The notes: a model not told the origin generated them from the sequence alone. Positions 26,045 through 42,527 are shown, counted from the first letter of the stretch. The stretch: 64,000 nucleotides of DNA from Eledone cirrhosa (GCA_964016885.1 OZ024740.1:241366001-241430000), one strand, 5' to 3'. Made by a program: numbers and translations.

Positions 26045-26473
26045 TATTCCATAACTCTCTCTACTCTAACATGGAAGGGTATAAATCACTATTGCTACAC
26101 ACAAACGAAACGAATCAGTGGAATTGATTCTTTTTTACTTTTTTGATTCGCTAGACCTTATACGAAACACGCTTCATTTGAATGATACATCGTTTTGTCC
26201 TATCTCGTTTCTGTTAGCTTACCACGTATATTAATTTCCTTTTTTTAAATCTTAACAACCCTTCGCATTCATATTATTTACGAGGAGCCAAAGAAGATGT
26301 ATTTCACTAACAGCAGGAAAACTACCTCAGTGACTTTTCCGAAAACCAAATGTATAACAATACTATCATTAAAGCAAATGATAAACATTATTAGTTTCTT
26401 TCATGTGAAATAGTATCTCTTGTGTTATGTAGGTATTAAAACTGACTGCCAGTCTCTCTCTCTCTCTCTCTCT

Positions 26474-26556
<83 letters not shown>

Positions 26557-26563
<7 letters not shown>

Positions 26564-27416
26564 ACCTACATTCCGCGAGCTCACATACATTCTCTGTGCG
26601 TGATTTGGCTCAGCTCAACCAATCAGCGCCAGTAGAAGGGAATGTATCCCTATGCGCCCTGAGGGAGAAATTCCCTGCGGGGATTTGAAGAATCAGCCTC
26701 TCGCATCCTGAACCTCGAAGGAGCAACACGTACAACATGTAACGGTGAGATTTTGCATCGATAGCAACAACCACAAAAACAATTCTACTAGCTTCCCAAA
26801 GAAATAAAAAAAAAAAAAAATGTCCAAACATTGCCTGAAAAAAAAAGGAAGAAAGAAAGAATTGTTTCTTTTCTATAAACAAAAAGTTGGCATTTTCTTT
26901 TCTTTGGGAAGCTAGTAGAATTGTTTTTGTTGTTGTTGCTATCGAAGCGACGTCGAGCGTTGAAGAGCCGTAAGTCACCACGTGAGTTCGGTGTTTGCTT
27001 GTTTGTATTGCAGGAAGCCGTATCGAAAGAAAAATGTTTCCGTGCCATAATTTTGAAAATACAACTAATTTTTTCTTTCAAAGATGTTGTCGCAGGCGGG
27101 TTCATGAAAGTTAAACCACGTGTTGTTCTTCTTAAAAAAAAAAACTACTTCCATTTTTTTTCTTAACGGTAGAGACGATAGAAAAGGTGAAAGCGTAGAA
27201 GTAAACAATATGATGTGCGGTGGTTTGCGTCGGTAAAGGCTATGAAGCAGCCACATAGTTATTCCGTTGTCTATGGTCAGCGGTTAAGCCGGCAGGTCAA
27301 AGTGCAAAATCTCACCGTTACATGTTGTACGTGCTGCTCCTTCGAAGTTCAGGATGCGATTCTTCAAATCCCCGCGGGGAATTTCTCCCTCAGGGCGCGT
27401 AGGGATACATTCTACA
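26557..27416. mobile_element. Probable solo LTR (TGTA...TACA) with internal inverted duplications
   Basis: Termini TGTAGTGACC and CATTCTACA. 26632-26757 is an inverted copy of ~27303-27415, and 26758-26804 is an inverted copy of ~26900-26945. Confidence 0.5.
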
Positions 27417-27442
27417 CACACACATATATATATATATATACG

Positions 27443-27674
27443 ATCTGAGTTTTTCGAATATTAATAATAACATCTGATTCGTTTGCAATTATAAAAGCAA
27501 GCCTCATCTTAAAGCCATCTCAGTAGAATGAACCCTTCATTGTTGCTCTTGTGTTGATGCCAACACAAGAGCAAGAATAAAGGGTTCATTCTACTGACAT
27601 GGCTTTAAAAATGAGGCTTGTTTGCATAATTGCAAACGAATCGGATGTTATTATTAATATTCGAAAACTCAGAT
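27443..27674. repeat. ~230-bp fold-back of a PLE-associated repeat
   Basis: Arms of ~115 bp with a few-nt loop; same family at 41992-42345 and 50590-50765. Confidence 0.85.
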
Positions 27675-27861
27675 TACATTTATTGTATTCAGCCATATAG
27701 AGCGAAAATGTTCTTTATATATATGTGTATATACATATATAAACTTCCATAATGGCTGACTGAATACCCACATGCGTTGTTTTCTCCCCTTATTTTCTCA
27801 TTTTCCCCCCGATCCTTCCTCTTTTCACTCTCTCTCTATTTGTCTACTATTTCTAATTCTA

Positions 27862-27938
27862 TCTTCTGATGAAAGACCAGTGTCTGAAACGTTTATCAAT
27901 GAAAGGGTCTTAACGTTTCAGACACTGGTCTTTCATCA
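27862..27938. ncRNA. Inverted pair of partial minimal HHRs
   Basis: Plus copy TCTT-CTGATGA-A-AGAC-CAGT-GTCT-GAAACGTT; the minus copy ends GAAACGTT-AAGA. Confidence 0.65.
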
Positions 27939-28439
27939 ACTAATAAACTAATATATTTCTTCAATGTACTGTGTCGTTTGCTTTGTTATTTCTGTCTACC
28001 TTCTACATACGCGCGCGCACACACAAAAAAAATATATAGTAATAATGATAAATATGAAGACTAAAATCCAAAGAGGGCTCGATAAGGATAAATATATATC
28101 AAATATATAAGAACCATAGAGCAAATATTTATTAAAATAACAGAATAAAGTTTAAACAAAGAATCGCTGAGTTTCAGAAGATCCCGTTAAAATTTAATCT
28201 GTTATTTTAATATATATATATATATATATATATTGTTATACTTGGGGGGGGGGGGGGGGGGTCATATTTGTGTAATATTGCCAGAATTAATAACAGAACA
28301 CACTCACTGTTTGGTTGGTTTTTGCTTCTGTGTCTTTTATATCGGTTAATTTATTCTATTCGGTCCTCAATGTTGCCATTGACTTACCAACGGTCAAAAA
28401 TACAGATACAATATAGACACAAACACACATATATAGTCT

Positions 28440-28481
28440 ATCAAAGTTCTTTCGTTGCACATCTGCAACATCGTCAGTGGT
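28440..28481 (-). ncRNA. Minimal type I HHR in a PLE pseudo-LTR (~28232-28600)
   Basis: ACCA-CTGACGA-T-GTTGCA-GATG-TGCAAC-GAAAG-AA-CTT-TGAT: intact core, 6-bp stem II, one mismatch in stem I. Confidence 0.75.
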
Positions 28482-28619
28482 GCTATTGTTTCCTCCCATT
28501 GCATTGTATGTCTACGCCATCTTTATTTAGTCTGTTTATATATTTATTTATTTATTTGTTTATTTTTTTGTGTTCTTTGCGCATGCATTTGCGTGTGTGT
28601 TTTTCTCTTTACCACCAAC

Positions 28620-29377
28620 ATGGCTGTATTGAGAGTGGCTTGTCTAAATGCGCGTGGCCTGGGCTCATATTGGGAGCAAGCAAAACTTCTAAATGACCTT
28701 AGGTCACGCTGTATAAATGTGATGGTCATTTGCGAGGCACGGATCAGCAGCGTGCGCCAGCTAGCCCCCACCTTTAACGACTTTGAGATATACGCATTTC
28801 TCTGTCAGCTCGGAGGTGGGAGTGGGGTTGTCGTTCTGCTGCAAAAACGTCTGGGTCTCGCCGCACAGACGGTACACCTGGACCCGGAGGGTCGATTGGT
28901 GGTTTTAGACGTTGGCAGTGGTGAAGGCGGCGCCTTTAGGCTGGTCGCCGCCTAGGCCCCTTTTGGGACAGCGCGGCCGGACTTCTTCCAGCGTCTGGAG
29001 ACGTCCCGCTCCTTGCTTTTAGTGGAGGACTGGAATGGTATCCTAGATGCACGTTGGGACTATGTAGGGGCATGTCCCGATAGAAGGGGGAGTAACAGCC
29101 TCAAGGAGTTAATCGGCCGATTTGACCTGGCCGATAGATATCGACTAGATTTTCCGACTGCGCCAACCTGGACTTGGGCAAACCGTAGCGGATCATCTAG
29201 GTCGTACCTAGATAGAGTCCTAGTTGGAATTAAGGATAGGGACCTTTTAAGCTGTCCAGAGATGCGCATGGTTGGCTATTCGGATCACAAATTAGTGATC
29301 TGCATACTCAACCTTGATAGAACCCATAGACAGGAACCCGGTTACTGGGAACTGAACTTGTCCTTATCGGCAAGTAA
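28620..29377 (+). mobile_element. Tx1/L1-clade LINE ORF2 5' fragment (APE endonuclease)
   Basis: MAVLRVACLNARGLG, LDPEGRLVVLDV, EDWNGILD, RSYLDRVLV, YSDHKLV, GYWELNLS. Confidence 0.85.
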
Positions 29378-32761
<3,384 letters not shown>

Positions 32762-32918
32762 AAATTATATATATTATATATATATATATATATTATATAT
32801 ATATATATATATATCATATATATATATTAAATATATTATATATATATATATTATATATATATATGTATATATCATATATATATATTATATATATATTATA
32901 TATTATATATATATATAT

Positions 32919-32950
<32 letters not shown>

Positions 32951-32962
32951 ATATAATATATA

Positions 32963-32996
<34 letters not shown>

Positions 32997-33207
32997 TTCG
33001 TTTCTGAATTTGTTTAGCAAGATTCTTTATCTGAAATCGTGTGTTGAAACCGATATTGTTATACTTTGGGAGGGTCATGTTGCCAATAAGAAACACACGC
33101 ACCAGTTGCTTTCACTTCAATTTAATTTAATATATATTTATAAATTTACAAATTTATAAATTTCTGGTTGGTTGGTTCCACAACCAGATAGTTGTTTATA
33201 TATATAT

Positions 33208-33252
33208 AGTCATAGTTCTTTCGTCACACACTCTGTGACCTCTTCAGTGACT
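33208..33252 (-). ncRNA. Minimal type I HHR
   Basis: Same as 15201-15245 but with the GAAAGAACTA variant. Confidence 0.82.
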
Positions 33253-34111
33253 GGGGATTTCTTTCTTCGTTTCTGTGCCTTTCCTTTCTTCTATCCTACG
33301 CCATTTTGTTTGTGTGTGGGTTGCGTGCTCAGTTTGCGCATGCGCCACATCCGGGTGTCTGTGTGTGTTTGTGTTCATTTTTCTATTTTTCTATTTATAT
33401 TTGTTTGTTTATTTATTTATTTATTGTTGGTTGGTTGTTTGTTCTATGTGTGTGTGTGTTTTCATTTTGTCTTGTGTGTGTTTTCATTTTGTGTGTGTTT
33501 TCAATTGTAAGTTGTTTGTTCTATGTGTGTGTGTGTTTTCATTTTGTCCTTAATTGTAAGTTGTGATGTTGCTGTTCCACTCATATTTTCTATTTAATTT
33601 TGGTTTTAATTCTTTTATGCTTACTGCCTCTGTAATTTGCCTAAACATTGCGTCTTTCTTGTGTGTGGATTCTATTTTTATTTCTATGCTCTCTAATTTA
33701 CCCCTGTGTTCTATCTTAGCATGTTGGTAGAGCACAGATGATTCTTTACTATCTTGGAGGTCTCGATTAAATAGAAAATATGAGTGGAACAGCAACATCA
33801 CAACTTACAATTAAGGACAAAATGAAAACACACACACACATAGAACAAACAACTTACAATTGAAAACACACACAAAATGAAAACACACACAAGACAAAAT
33901 GAAAACACACACACACATAGAACAAACAACCAACCAACAATAAATAAATAAATAAACAAACAAATATAAATAGAAAAATAGAAAAATGAACACAAACACA
34001 CACAGACACCCGGATGTGGCGCATGCGCAAACTGAGCACGCAACCCACACACAAACAAAATGGCGTAGGATAGAAGAAAGGAAAGGCACAGAAACGAAGA
34101 AAGAAATCCCC

Positions 34112-34156
34112 AGTCACTGAAGAGGTCACAGAGTGTGTGACGAAAGAACTATGACT
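34112..34156 (+). ncRNA. Minimal type I HHR
   Basis: AGTCA-CTGAAGA-G-GTCACA-GAGTG-TGTGAC-GAAAG-AA-CTA-TGACT. Confidence 0.82.
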
Positions 34157-34357
34157 ATATATATATAAACAACTATCTGGTTGTGGAACCAACCAACCAA
34201 CCAGAAATTTATAAATTTGTAAATTTATAAATATATATTAAATTAAATTGAAGTGAAAGCAACTGGTGCGTGTGTTTCTTATTGGCAACATGACCCTCCC
34301 AAAGTATAACAATATATATATATATATTATATATATATATATTATATATATATATTT

Positions 34358-34403
<46 letters not shown>

Positions 34404-34407
34404 ATTT

Positions 34408-34523
<116 letters not shown>

Positions 34524-34554
34524 TATATACATATATATACATATATATATATAC

Positions 34555-34642
<88 letters not shown>

Positions 34643-35006
34643 ACTTAATAATCTGAAATATTTTTATTATCCATGGTGATAAAAATAGGTTATGGCAGTC
34701 AGCCAGAAAATGTAGGTATAAATTTGTCGTCGACGTCACGAAGACTGCCAAAGAAAAATTGCATTAATATTTTTTTCTTTTTATCTATAACTCTAAAGCG
34801 CTAACATGTTATTATAGTGACTCTCTGCACAGATTAAAAACGATTCTGACATAGTGGTCTGATTATTGTAAATAGATTTATTGTTACTCATCCACGAATG
34901 GCCACATACACGTACAACGCAGAAACACCCATATATATGCACATTGAAGCCTCACATATATATGTATGTATATATATATATATATATGAAGCCTCATATA
35001 TATGTG

Positions 35007-35126
<120 letters not shown>

Positions 35127-35244
35127 TACAGTAAATGAGTGAAGAATAACGTGACGTGGTCGTCTGTACAATAGGGTTTATTCAAAGTATTAACAATTGT
35201 TTCATTAGTCCGCTAATCGCAATAAGCTACGTCACTCGATTTTA

Positions 35245-35275
<31 letters not shown>

Positions 35276-35277
35276 TG

Positions 35278-36780
35278 ACTAGAAGAATTAAAGAACATAC
35301 CCAGGATCCCTAATCAACAATGGATTCCAACGTGCCCTAAAACTCAACATCCAGGAACTTAGACACCCCAAACCAAAGAATGAATCGAAACTAAAAACTC
35401 TACCATACATCTCCACACACAAACCCCTTAACAATGAGGTATTCGACACCATCCTCCAGAACATACCTTTACTAAAAAGAGACCTAAGAATGAATCAAAT
35501 CCTTCAAACGCACACCATCATAAGGAGCAAATGACAACCCAAATCAATGAAAAACATCCTTACACAGGCCAAGGTGCAGCCAACCTTCACGATGAACCCT
35601 ACAGTAAAAAAATGCGGAAGACCCAACTGTGGTATATGTTTCAATCAAATGGAGAGATCGGAGTTCTACTTCAAACAAGGACAACACTTTACAGTTAAAT
35701 ACAATTTCACATGCGCATCAGAAAATCTGACTTATGTGTTCATTTGCTCAGCTTGTCGAGAGCACTACATAGGACAGACTAAAAACAGCCTTCGCCAACC
35801 TATGACCGTCCATAGATCCTAAATTAAAATACGGGAATACAGAAAGAAAGCACTGAGTGAACACATTGCGACCTGCGCATCTAATGAACAACCTAATTTC
35901 AGAATTTTTCCCCTCTACAATTTTAAAGACAATGCTTCCTACATCCAGAGCATTAGCAAGGAATCACACTTTATCGCCAAATACGAACCCCTTCTAAATG
36001 CATCCACTTCGGACTAAACTACAGATGACACACTTTAAAATTAACAGCCTAGTCAAATTAACCCTTTGGCAATATAGTTGGTTGGTTGCTTTCCCGTAAT
36101 AGAATCGATGAAATTCCTTTTCTCCATTTCTCTGAATCTGGGAGTTTGTGCTGAAGATAGAATTAGTATTTCAATAATACTGAATCTTTTTTGTGGCAAC
36201 GTAGGGTCAACGTCGATTGTTTCTACAATAAAACAATTTAAGAATGACAGTTTTTCAGACAAGAATACCAAGATAGATATTTTTAGAAACAATAACCTGC
36301 CCGGTCAATTCTAAGATCATTCAACCATTCAAACCAATCCCACCATTTTTGAAAGTGGCTATCACCACAACAGATTGCTACCACACCTATCCCCTGTCTA
36401 ATTCTTCTTCTCTCCATCACCACTTATCCCTCTCCTTGCCCTCACCCCCAACTACTACCAATCAAAACTACCAGTCAGAACCAAAGAAATTAAAACAACT
36501 ACTGTTAGCCAACTAACAGAGAACGAAGGACAACCACAGACAGAGATATGAACTCTCCTTTCTAAATATGTATGTAAAAACTAATAATTTCCCTCACCTT
36601 TTTATTATTCGTATAGATATGCAACTTAACTGCATTATGCACATCCACAGTTGAAAAAGCATATAATACTGAAACCGGTACCATTATTAAATGCGGAAAT
36701 ACTCACTTTATAAACAAATCTGATATTATATTGAAAAAAATCTTTCCTGCATTTTCTACTGCTAAAAAATAAAACTTTTT
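35278..36780 (+). mobile_element. Neptune-like PLE 3' fragment (Cys linker + GIY-YIG) with 3' UTR
   Basis: LPYISTH..QPKSMKNILTQAK..KCGRPNCGIC..FTCASENLTYVFIC..HYIGQT..EPLLN; premature stops present. Confidence 0.85.
36647..36684 (+). ncRNA. Hammerhead-like motif, U3-A8 core variant
   Basis: ACAG-TTGAAAA-AGCAT-ATA-ATACT-GAAACCGGTA-CCAT; stem I is decayed. Confidence 0.5.
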
Positions 36781-37465
36781 TCCTTTATATATATATATTT
36801 TCCTTTTATATATATATTCCAAATTAAATTAAATTTAAGGATGTCATCTCACCCTTAAATTAATTTAATTTAATTTTGAATATATATATACGGCCCCTTA
36901 ATTGTTGAGCTAACTCGATTGCTATTTCTAGTTGTCGATAACCCTATTCACGCCACTGAGATGAATCTGGTACGATGTGTGTATTTTTGATAAGTGCAAC
37001 ACGTGCTACTAGCCATTCGCAGATTTGGATTTGCTGTGTAAACACAGATAGTTAAGTCTTCTTCCTTGTTGAAAATCCAGAATTTGGCTACTGTGGTTTA
37101 CCGAAAGATTGATGGTGAAATATATTTCTTGAATGAAATATATACAAGGAAGATTAATCCATTTATAAGGTATCTATTTTTAAAGTTCTAGTTAAACTTT
37201 AATTAGTTACCTACATAGCTATGTGTGCTTACACACTTTTACAAATTATTCCCTGTGATTGTTTCATATGTTTATTTTAGATATATATATATATATGTCA
37301 ATCAATTTCTAGTTGATATATATATATATATATATTCATTAGTTAAGCAAAACACGACCACAAATTTCACAATCTCACCAATCTCTCCTCTCATATCTCC
37401 TCTACTATCTCCATCTGTCTCTTTAAGATTGGTTACTCTTGAACTGTGTGTGTGTATATATATAT

Positions 37466-38183
37466 ATGTCCAGCTAACCTCAGTCTCCTCTGTGTCACTT
37501 TTGAGCTGACTTTTGGGATGCTCCCATACAGCTCTGAGTTTTTCATCCTCAGTGTATACTGATTAATGTTCAGAGCCATCCTCAGCATTCTCGTGTAGCA
37601 CCCACCCACCATCTGAGTGAGTTTCTTGGTCAGTGTCCAAGTCTCAGACCCATACAGCAGCACAGACTCCACTACAGCAATGAAGAGGCGGACCTTCAGG
37701 TCTCTACGAAGGTCTCACTTCCACACCGATCTCAAGCTGTGGTATGCCGCCCAGGCCTTGCTCTTCTTCTCAACCACATCATCTTCCGTATTCCCAATCT
37801 TTGCTCCCAAATACAGGAAGCCCTCAACCAATTCCAGCGGCTTCCCGCCTATATTAGTGATCCCCCCTGACTTCTCAACATTCTCTACCAGATATTTTGT
37901 TTTAGTCTCATTCATTCTCAGCCCCACACTCATCGACACAGTCTCAACCTCCCTGAGGTTAGCTGGACATGCTCACCGACATCCAGAGTTGACATTGCAC
38001 TCAGCGCTCCTTTGGGAGCCCCTACATGGACACACTAGAAGAGGAAGACCAAGGTTAACGTATGTTGATGCCCTAAGGACAGACACTGGCCTGTTGGAGA
38101 CGCAGGACATGGCAGCGATAATGAGGGACAGAGACCGCTGGAGAGAACTCGTACATGGATCTCGGGAATTTTACCCGCCTTAG
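37466..38183. mobile_element. RTE/RTEX-like LINE 3' fragment with 5' inversion
   Basis: Minus 37466-37952 reads FLYLG..VESVLLYGSETWTLT..RRLRLAGH; plus 37953-38183 reads LRLAGH..LLWEP.HG..RGRPRLTYVD. Confidence 0.88.
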
Positions 38184-38314
38184 ATATATATATATATATA
38201 TACATATATAATTCTATTTATATATTCATGAGTGTGTACACACACACACTCATGCAAATTCGTGGAGAATGAATACTCAATACAGACGTACAGTTTAAAT
38301 ATTCTTTATTATGG

Positions 38315-38386
38315 CTAAGTGGTGAGTCTTGTTACTCTGAAGTTTCACCTGTGTAGATACATGATCAGACAAGACTCACTACTTAG
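38315..38386 (-). ncRNA. HHR-like motif with 18-bp stem I and damaged core
   Basis: CTAAGTAGTGAGTCTTGT-CTGATCA-...-GAAACT-TCAG-AGTA-ACAAGACTCACCACTTAG. Confidence 0.55.
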
Positions 38387-38398
38387 ACACTTAACCAT

Positions 38399-38590
38399 AA
38401 TAATTGTTTCTACTTTTGGCACAAGGCCAGCATTATACCAGTACATTACTGGTACTTTATTTTATCGACCCCGTAAGGATGAAAGGCAAAGTTAACCTCG
38501 GCGGGATTTGAACTCAGACCGTAAAGGGCCGTAACTAAGCTGCAAAGCATGGTGTCCGACTCTCTACCGATACTGCCAATCCACCGCACT
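38399..38590 (-). mobile_element. SINE family A
   Basis: Full-length consensus match. Confidence 0.9.
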
Positions 38591-38625
38591 TAGTCATAGT
38601 AATGAATATATATACATATACATAT

Positions 38626-39406
<781 letters not shown>

Positions 39407-39419
39407 AAAAGATAACAAG

Positions 39420-40985
39420 GACGATTGGTTACTCCTTCATTACATTTATTGGTTGATGAAGCGCGTTTCGCCACTGATCAGCTCAAGGTTTGATCTGTAT
39501 CGATCTTACCCGACTTTGTAATCCGCAGCACGACGGACCCCTTAACATGCTAGTAGAAAATGAATACATGCTATATGATAAAGTCAGAAGTTCATATGTT
39601 GGTCAATATGAATTGTTTTGATTGGTGGAATAGATCATAGGGATGTTTTCACCTGTAGTGTATGTGGGAGTGGATGTGATGATAAGATAGTGGTGACGGT
39701 CTGGGGCTGAGATGGGCTGTGATGTGGGGGTGGTGGATCGTAGGTAGACAGATTGGTGTATATTTGTGGCTGATTATTGTGTGTGGTGTGGGTGTGGTGT
39801 GGTGGATGTGTTGATGGTGTCAAATACAATGAGGAGATACATACCTAGACACACTTAGTCTGACAAAAACGTTGTATACATACACATGCGTATATATATA
39901 TATATATGTGTGTGTGTGTATATATAGAGAGAGAGAGGGGGAGTGTCAGTGGAGATGGCGTAGTACTTAGATAGAGGGAGGGGGAGAGCCAATAGAGATG
40001 GCGTTGTACATATGATTATACTTACACACAGATACACACACTTGCGTTGTTTAGGGAGGGAAGGTATGTGTTGGCGATGTTAATGATGTTAATGATTGTT
40101 GAAGTATGGAGATGTGCCTTGTGGTGGCGGTGGTGGTGTTGTGTGCGACAAAAAATATACAGGATTCAATTATACGATGGGTTACAGGTTAAAGAGTGAC
40201 ATAGGGAACACGCGGGAAACAAGGTTGTGAACATATAGCGATGTGTGTGGAGGTGGTGGTGGTGGTGGTGGTGGTGGTGGCGATGGGGTGTGTGCGTCAG
40301 TATATTTACAGGATCGAATTTTACGAAGGATTGTAGGTTAAAAAAAGACAGAGGGAACATGGGGGAACAAGGTTGTGGATGTGGGATGGTAGACATATAG
40401 CGTTGTGTGCGGTGGTGGTGGTTGTGGTGGTGGTGGTTGCGGTGGTGGCGATGGGGTGATATGATCGACATTATATTTATAGGATCGGATGCTACTATTG
40501 ATTACAAGGTAAAACCTGACAGAGAGGACAGATGGAACACAATGGTACTAAGATGAGGGGTGTATGGCGATGTGTCTTTTGGTGAGGGTGATGGATGCGG
40601 CTTGATATATACAAAATTTGGACTTACAAAGGGTTACATGTTATAAAACAAATGCACTGAGATGAGGGACGGTGAGACAGGGCAAAGGTGGTTAATATTA
40701 TGTTGGGTCATGGTCAGTGTGCGGCCCTCAGCCGAATGTGTCTACAATTGATAATTATGTCCGAGCTATAGTTTATGGCAGATTTTAATTTAATTATCTC
40801 AGCCGCCTCGGCCAGGCATAACCTGCAGTGGTTTCTGTCAGTGGGGAGTTGGGCCACGCGTCTTTTGACTGACCATGTGATCTGGAATTCGATGTTCCTG
40901 TCCTTGAGGTCCCAGATCAAATCGGCCAGTCTAGTTTGGGATCGTTTCAGCCTATGTTTAAAGGAGCTTCTATGGTTATCTTTTC
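39420..40985 (-). mobile_element. PLE 3' fragment (GIY-YIG C-half) with long 3' UTR containing ~140-bp degenerate repeats
   Basis: HRSSFKH..TRLADLIWDLK..ITWSV..CRLCLAE..INCRH; a decayed GAAACGCG..AATAAA end lies near 39445-39470. Confidence 0.8.
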
Positions 40986-41084
40986 AATATAGTACACTCT
41001 GTATAGCTCTACACCTCGACGCAGAAGTGAACCTAAACATCGAGTGCTCACCCGGGTGAACCTACAGTAACTCCAAGTTACACT

Positions 41085-41172
<88 letters not shown>

Positions 41173-41228
41173 GGAGTCTAACTTGGAGTTACTGTGAGAA
41201 AAACCACAGACCCTCCATCTCAACTCTA

Positions 41229-41264
41229 CTTTTGAAAAGCAGAAGAACTGCGAAACCGGTAAAG
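41229..41264 (+). ncRNA. Minimal type I HHR with U3-A8 core
   Basis: CTT-TTGAAAA-GCAG-AAGAA-CTGC-GAAACCGGTA-AAG: all three stems pair; AATAAA follows. Confidence 0.7.
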
Positions 41265-41403
41265 GAACCAAATAAATATATATATATTTTTTTAAATAAA
41301 ACTCCAGTTGCATTTTCGATTTCATCTTTTTTTCTTTATACTTTCACTCGTGTAGGACACACCTCGGTTATTTTTCATTTTGTAAAAAAAGCTCACTTTC
41401 TAA

Positions 41404-41531
<128 letters not shown>

Positions 41532-41991
41532 GTTAGCACCCCGAACACATAATTGGGAATATAACCACTTATTTCCCTGCCGCTAAAAATAGCAGCCTGG
41601 CTGACAGGACAATGAAAATTATCTCTACATGATGGAGCCGACAAATATATATTGAGTTAAGAACTCAGGGTAATAGCTCTAAGAAAAAAAGCTTTTCCGA
41701 GCCATACAATATAATTGAATAAGCAAGAGAGATGAACACTAATATAAACATACATGTGTTCGAATCGTAAGGACCAAATTTGCTAGGGTGAAAAAATTTG
41801 ATAGTTCTTAACTCAATATATATTTGTCGGCTCCATCATGTAGAGCTAATTTTTAATGGCACATTGTTATAATTGTATCTATGTCACAAATATTAAAAAT
41901 ATTAAATGTAATTTGATTTATTCTAATATTAATAATTGTTTCTACTTTAGGCACAAGGCCAGCAATTATCCAGTACATTACTGGTACTTTA

Positions 41992-42345
41992 TTTTCGAAT
42001 ATTAATAATAATAATCGATTAGTTTTCAATTATGCAAACAGCCTCTTTAAACCATGTCAGTAGAATGACCCCAGAATGTTGGCTCTTGTGTTGGCATATA
42101 AACAGAACGGCAATTTAAAGAGGCTTAAAGAGGCTGTTTCCATAATTGCAAACTAATCAAATTGGCAGTATCGGTAGAGGCTCGGACGTCATGCTTTGAC
42201 GCATAGAGTTCAAATCTGAGTTCAAATCCCGCCGAGGTTAACTTTGCCTTTCATCCTTACGGGGTCGATAAAACTTGTGCCAAAAGTAGAAACAATTATT
42301 AATATTCGAAAAACTCAGATTACATGTATTGCATTCAGCCATGTA
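41992..42345. repeat. Fold-back repeat of the 27443 family interrupted by a family A SINE (42161-42300 +); partial SINE at 41932-41993 (-)
   Basis: Shares TTCGAATATTAATAATAA..TTATGCAAACAGCCTCTTTAA and its reverse complement. Confidence 0.75.
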
Positions 42346-42527
42346 GAACGATAACTATTTGTTAGTTATTAAAAACATTATTTCTGATATAATGAATTCA
42401 TGCAGAATGACCATGATTCCATTCAACAAACTGCCTCCCAAGCATACCCAACATGCATAGGGGTCCACTAATGCAGTGTGTTATTCGCCGCCAACACTGA
42501 CTAGCCATCTAGTATAGTATATATATA

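Larger units (their letters stand above)
32993..34314. mobile_element. Second copy of the 11101-15411 PLE family, reduced to a fold-back of 3' ends
   Basis: Left arm (-) 32993-33765 and right arm (+) 33766-34314; HHRs at 33208-33252 and 34112-34156; flanked by (TA)n. Confidence 0.92.
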
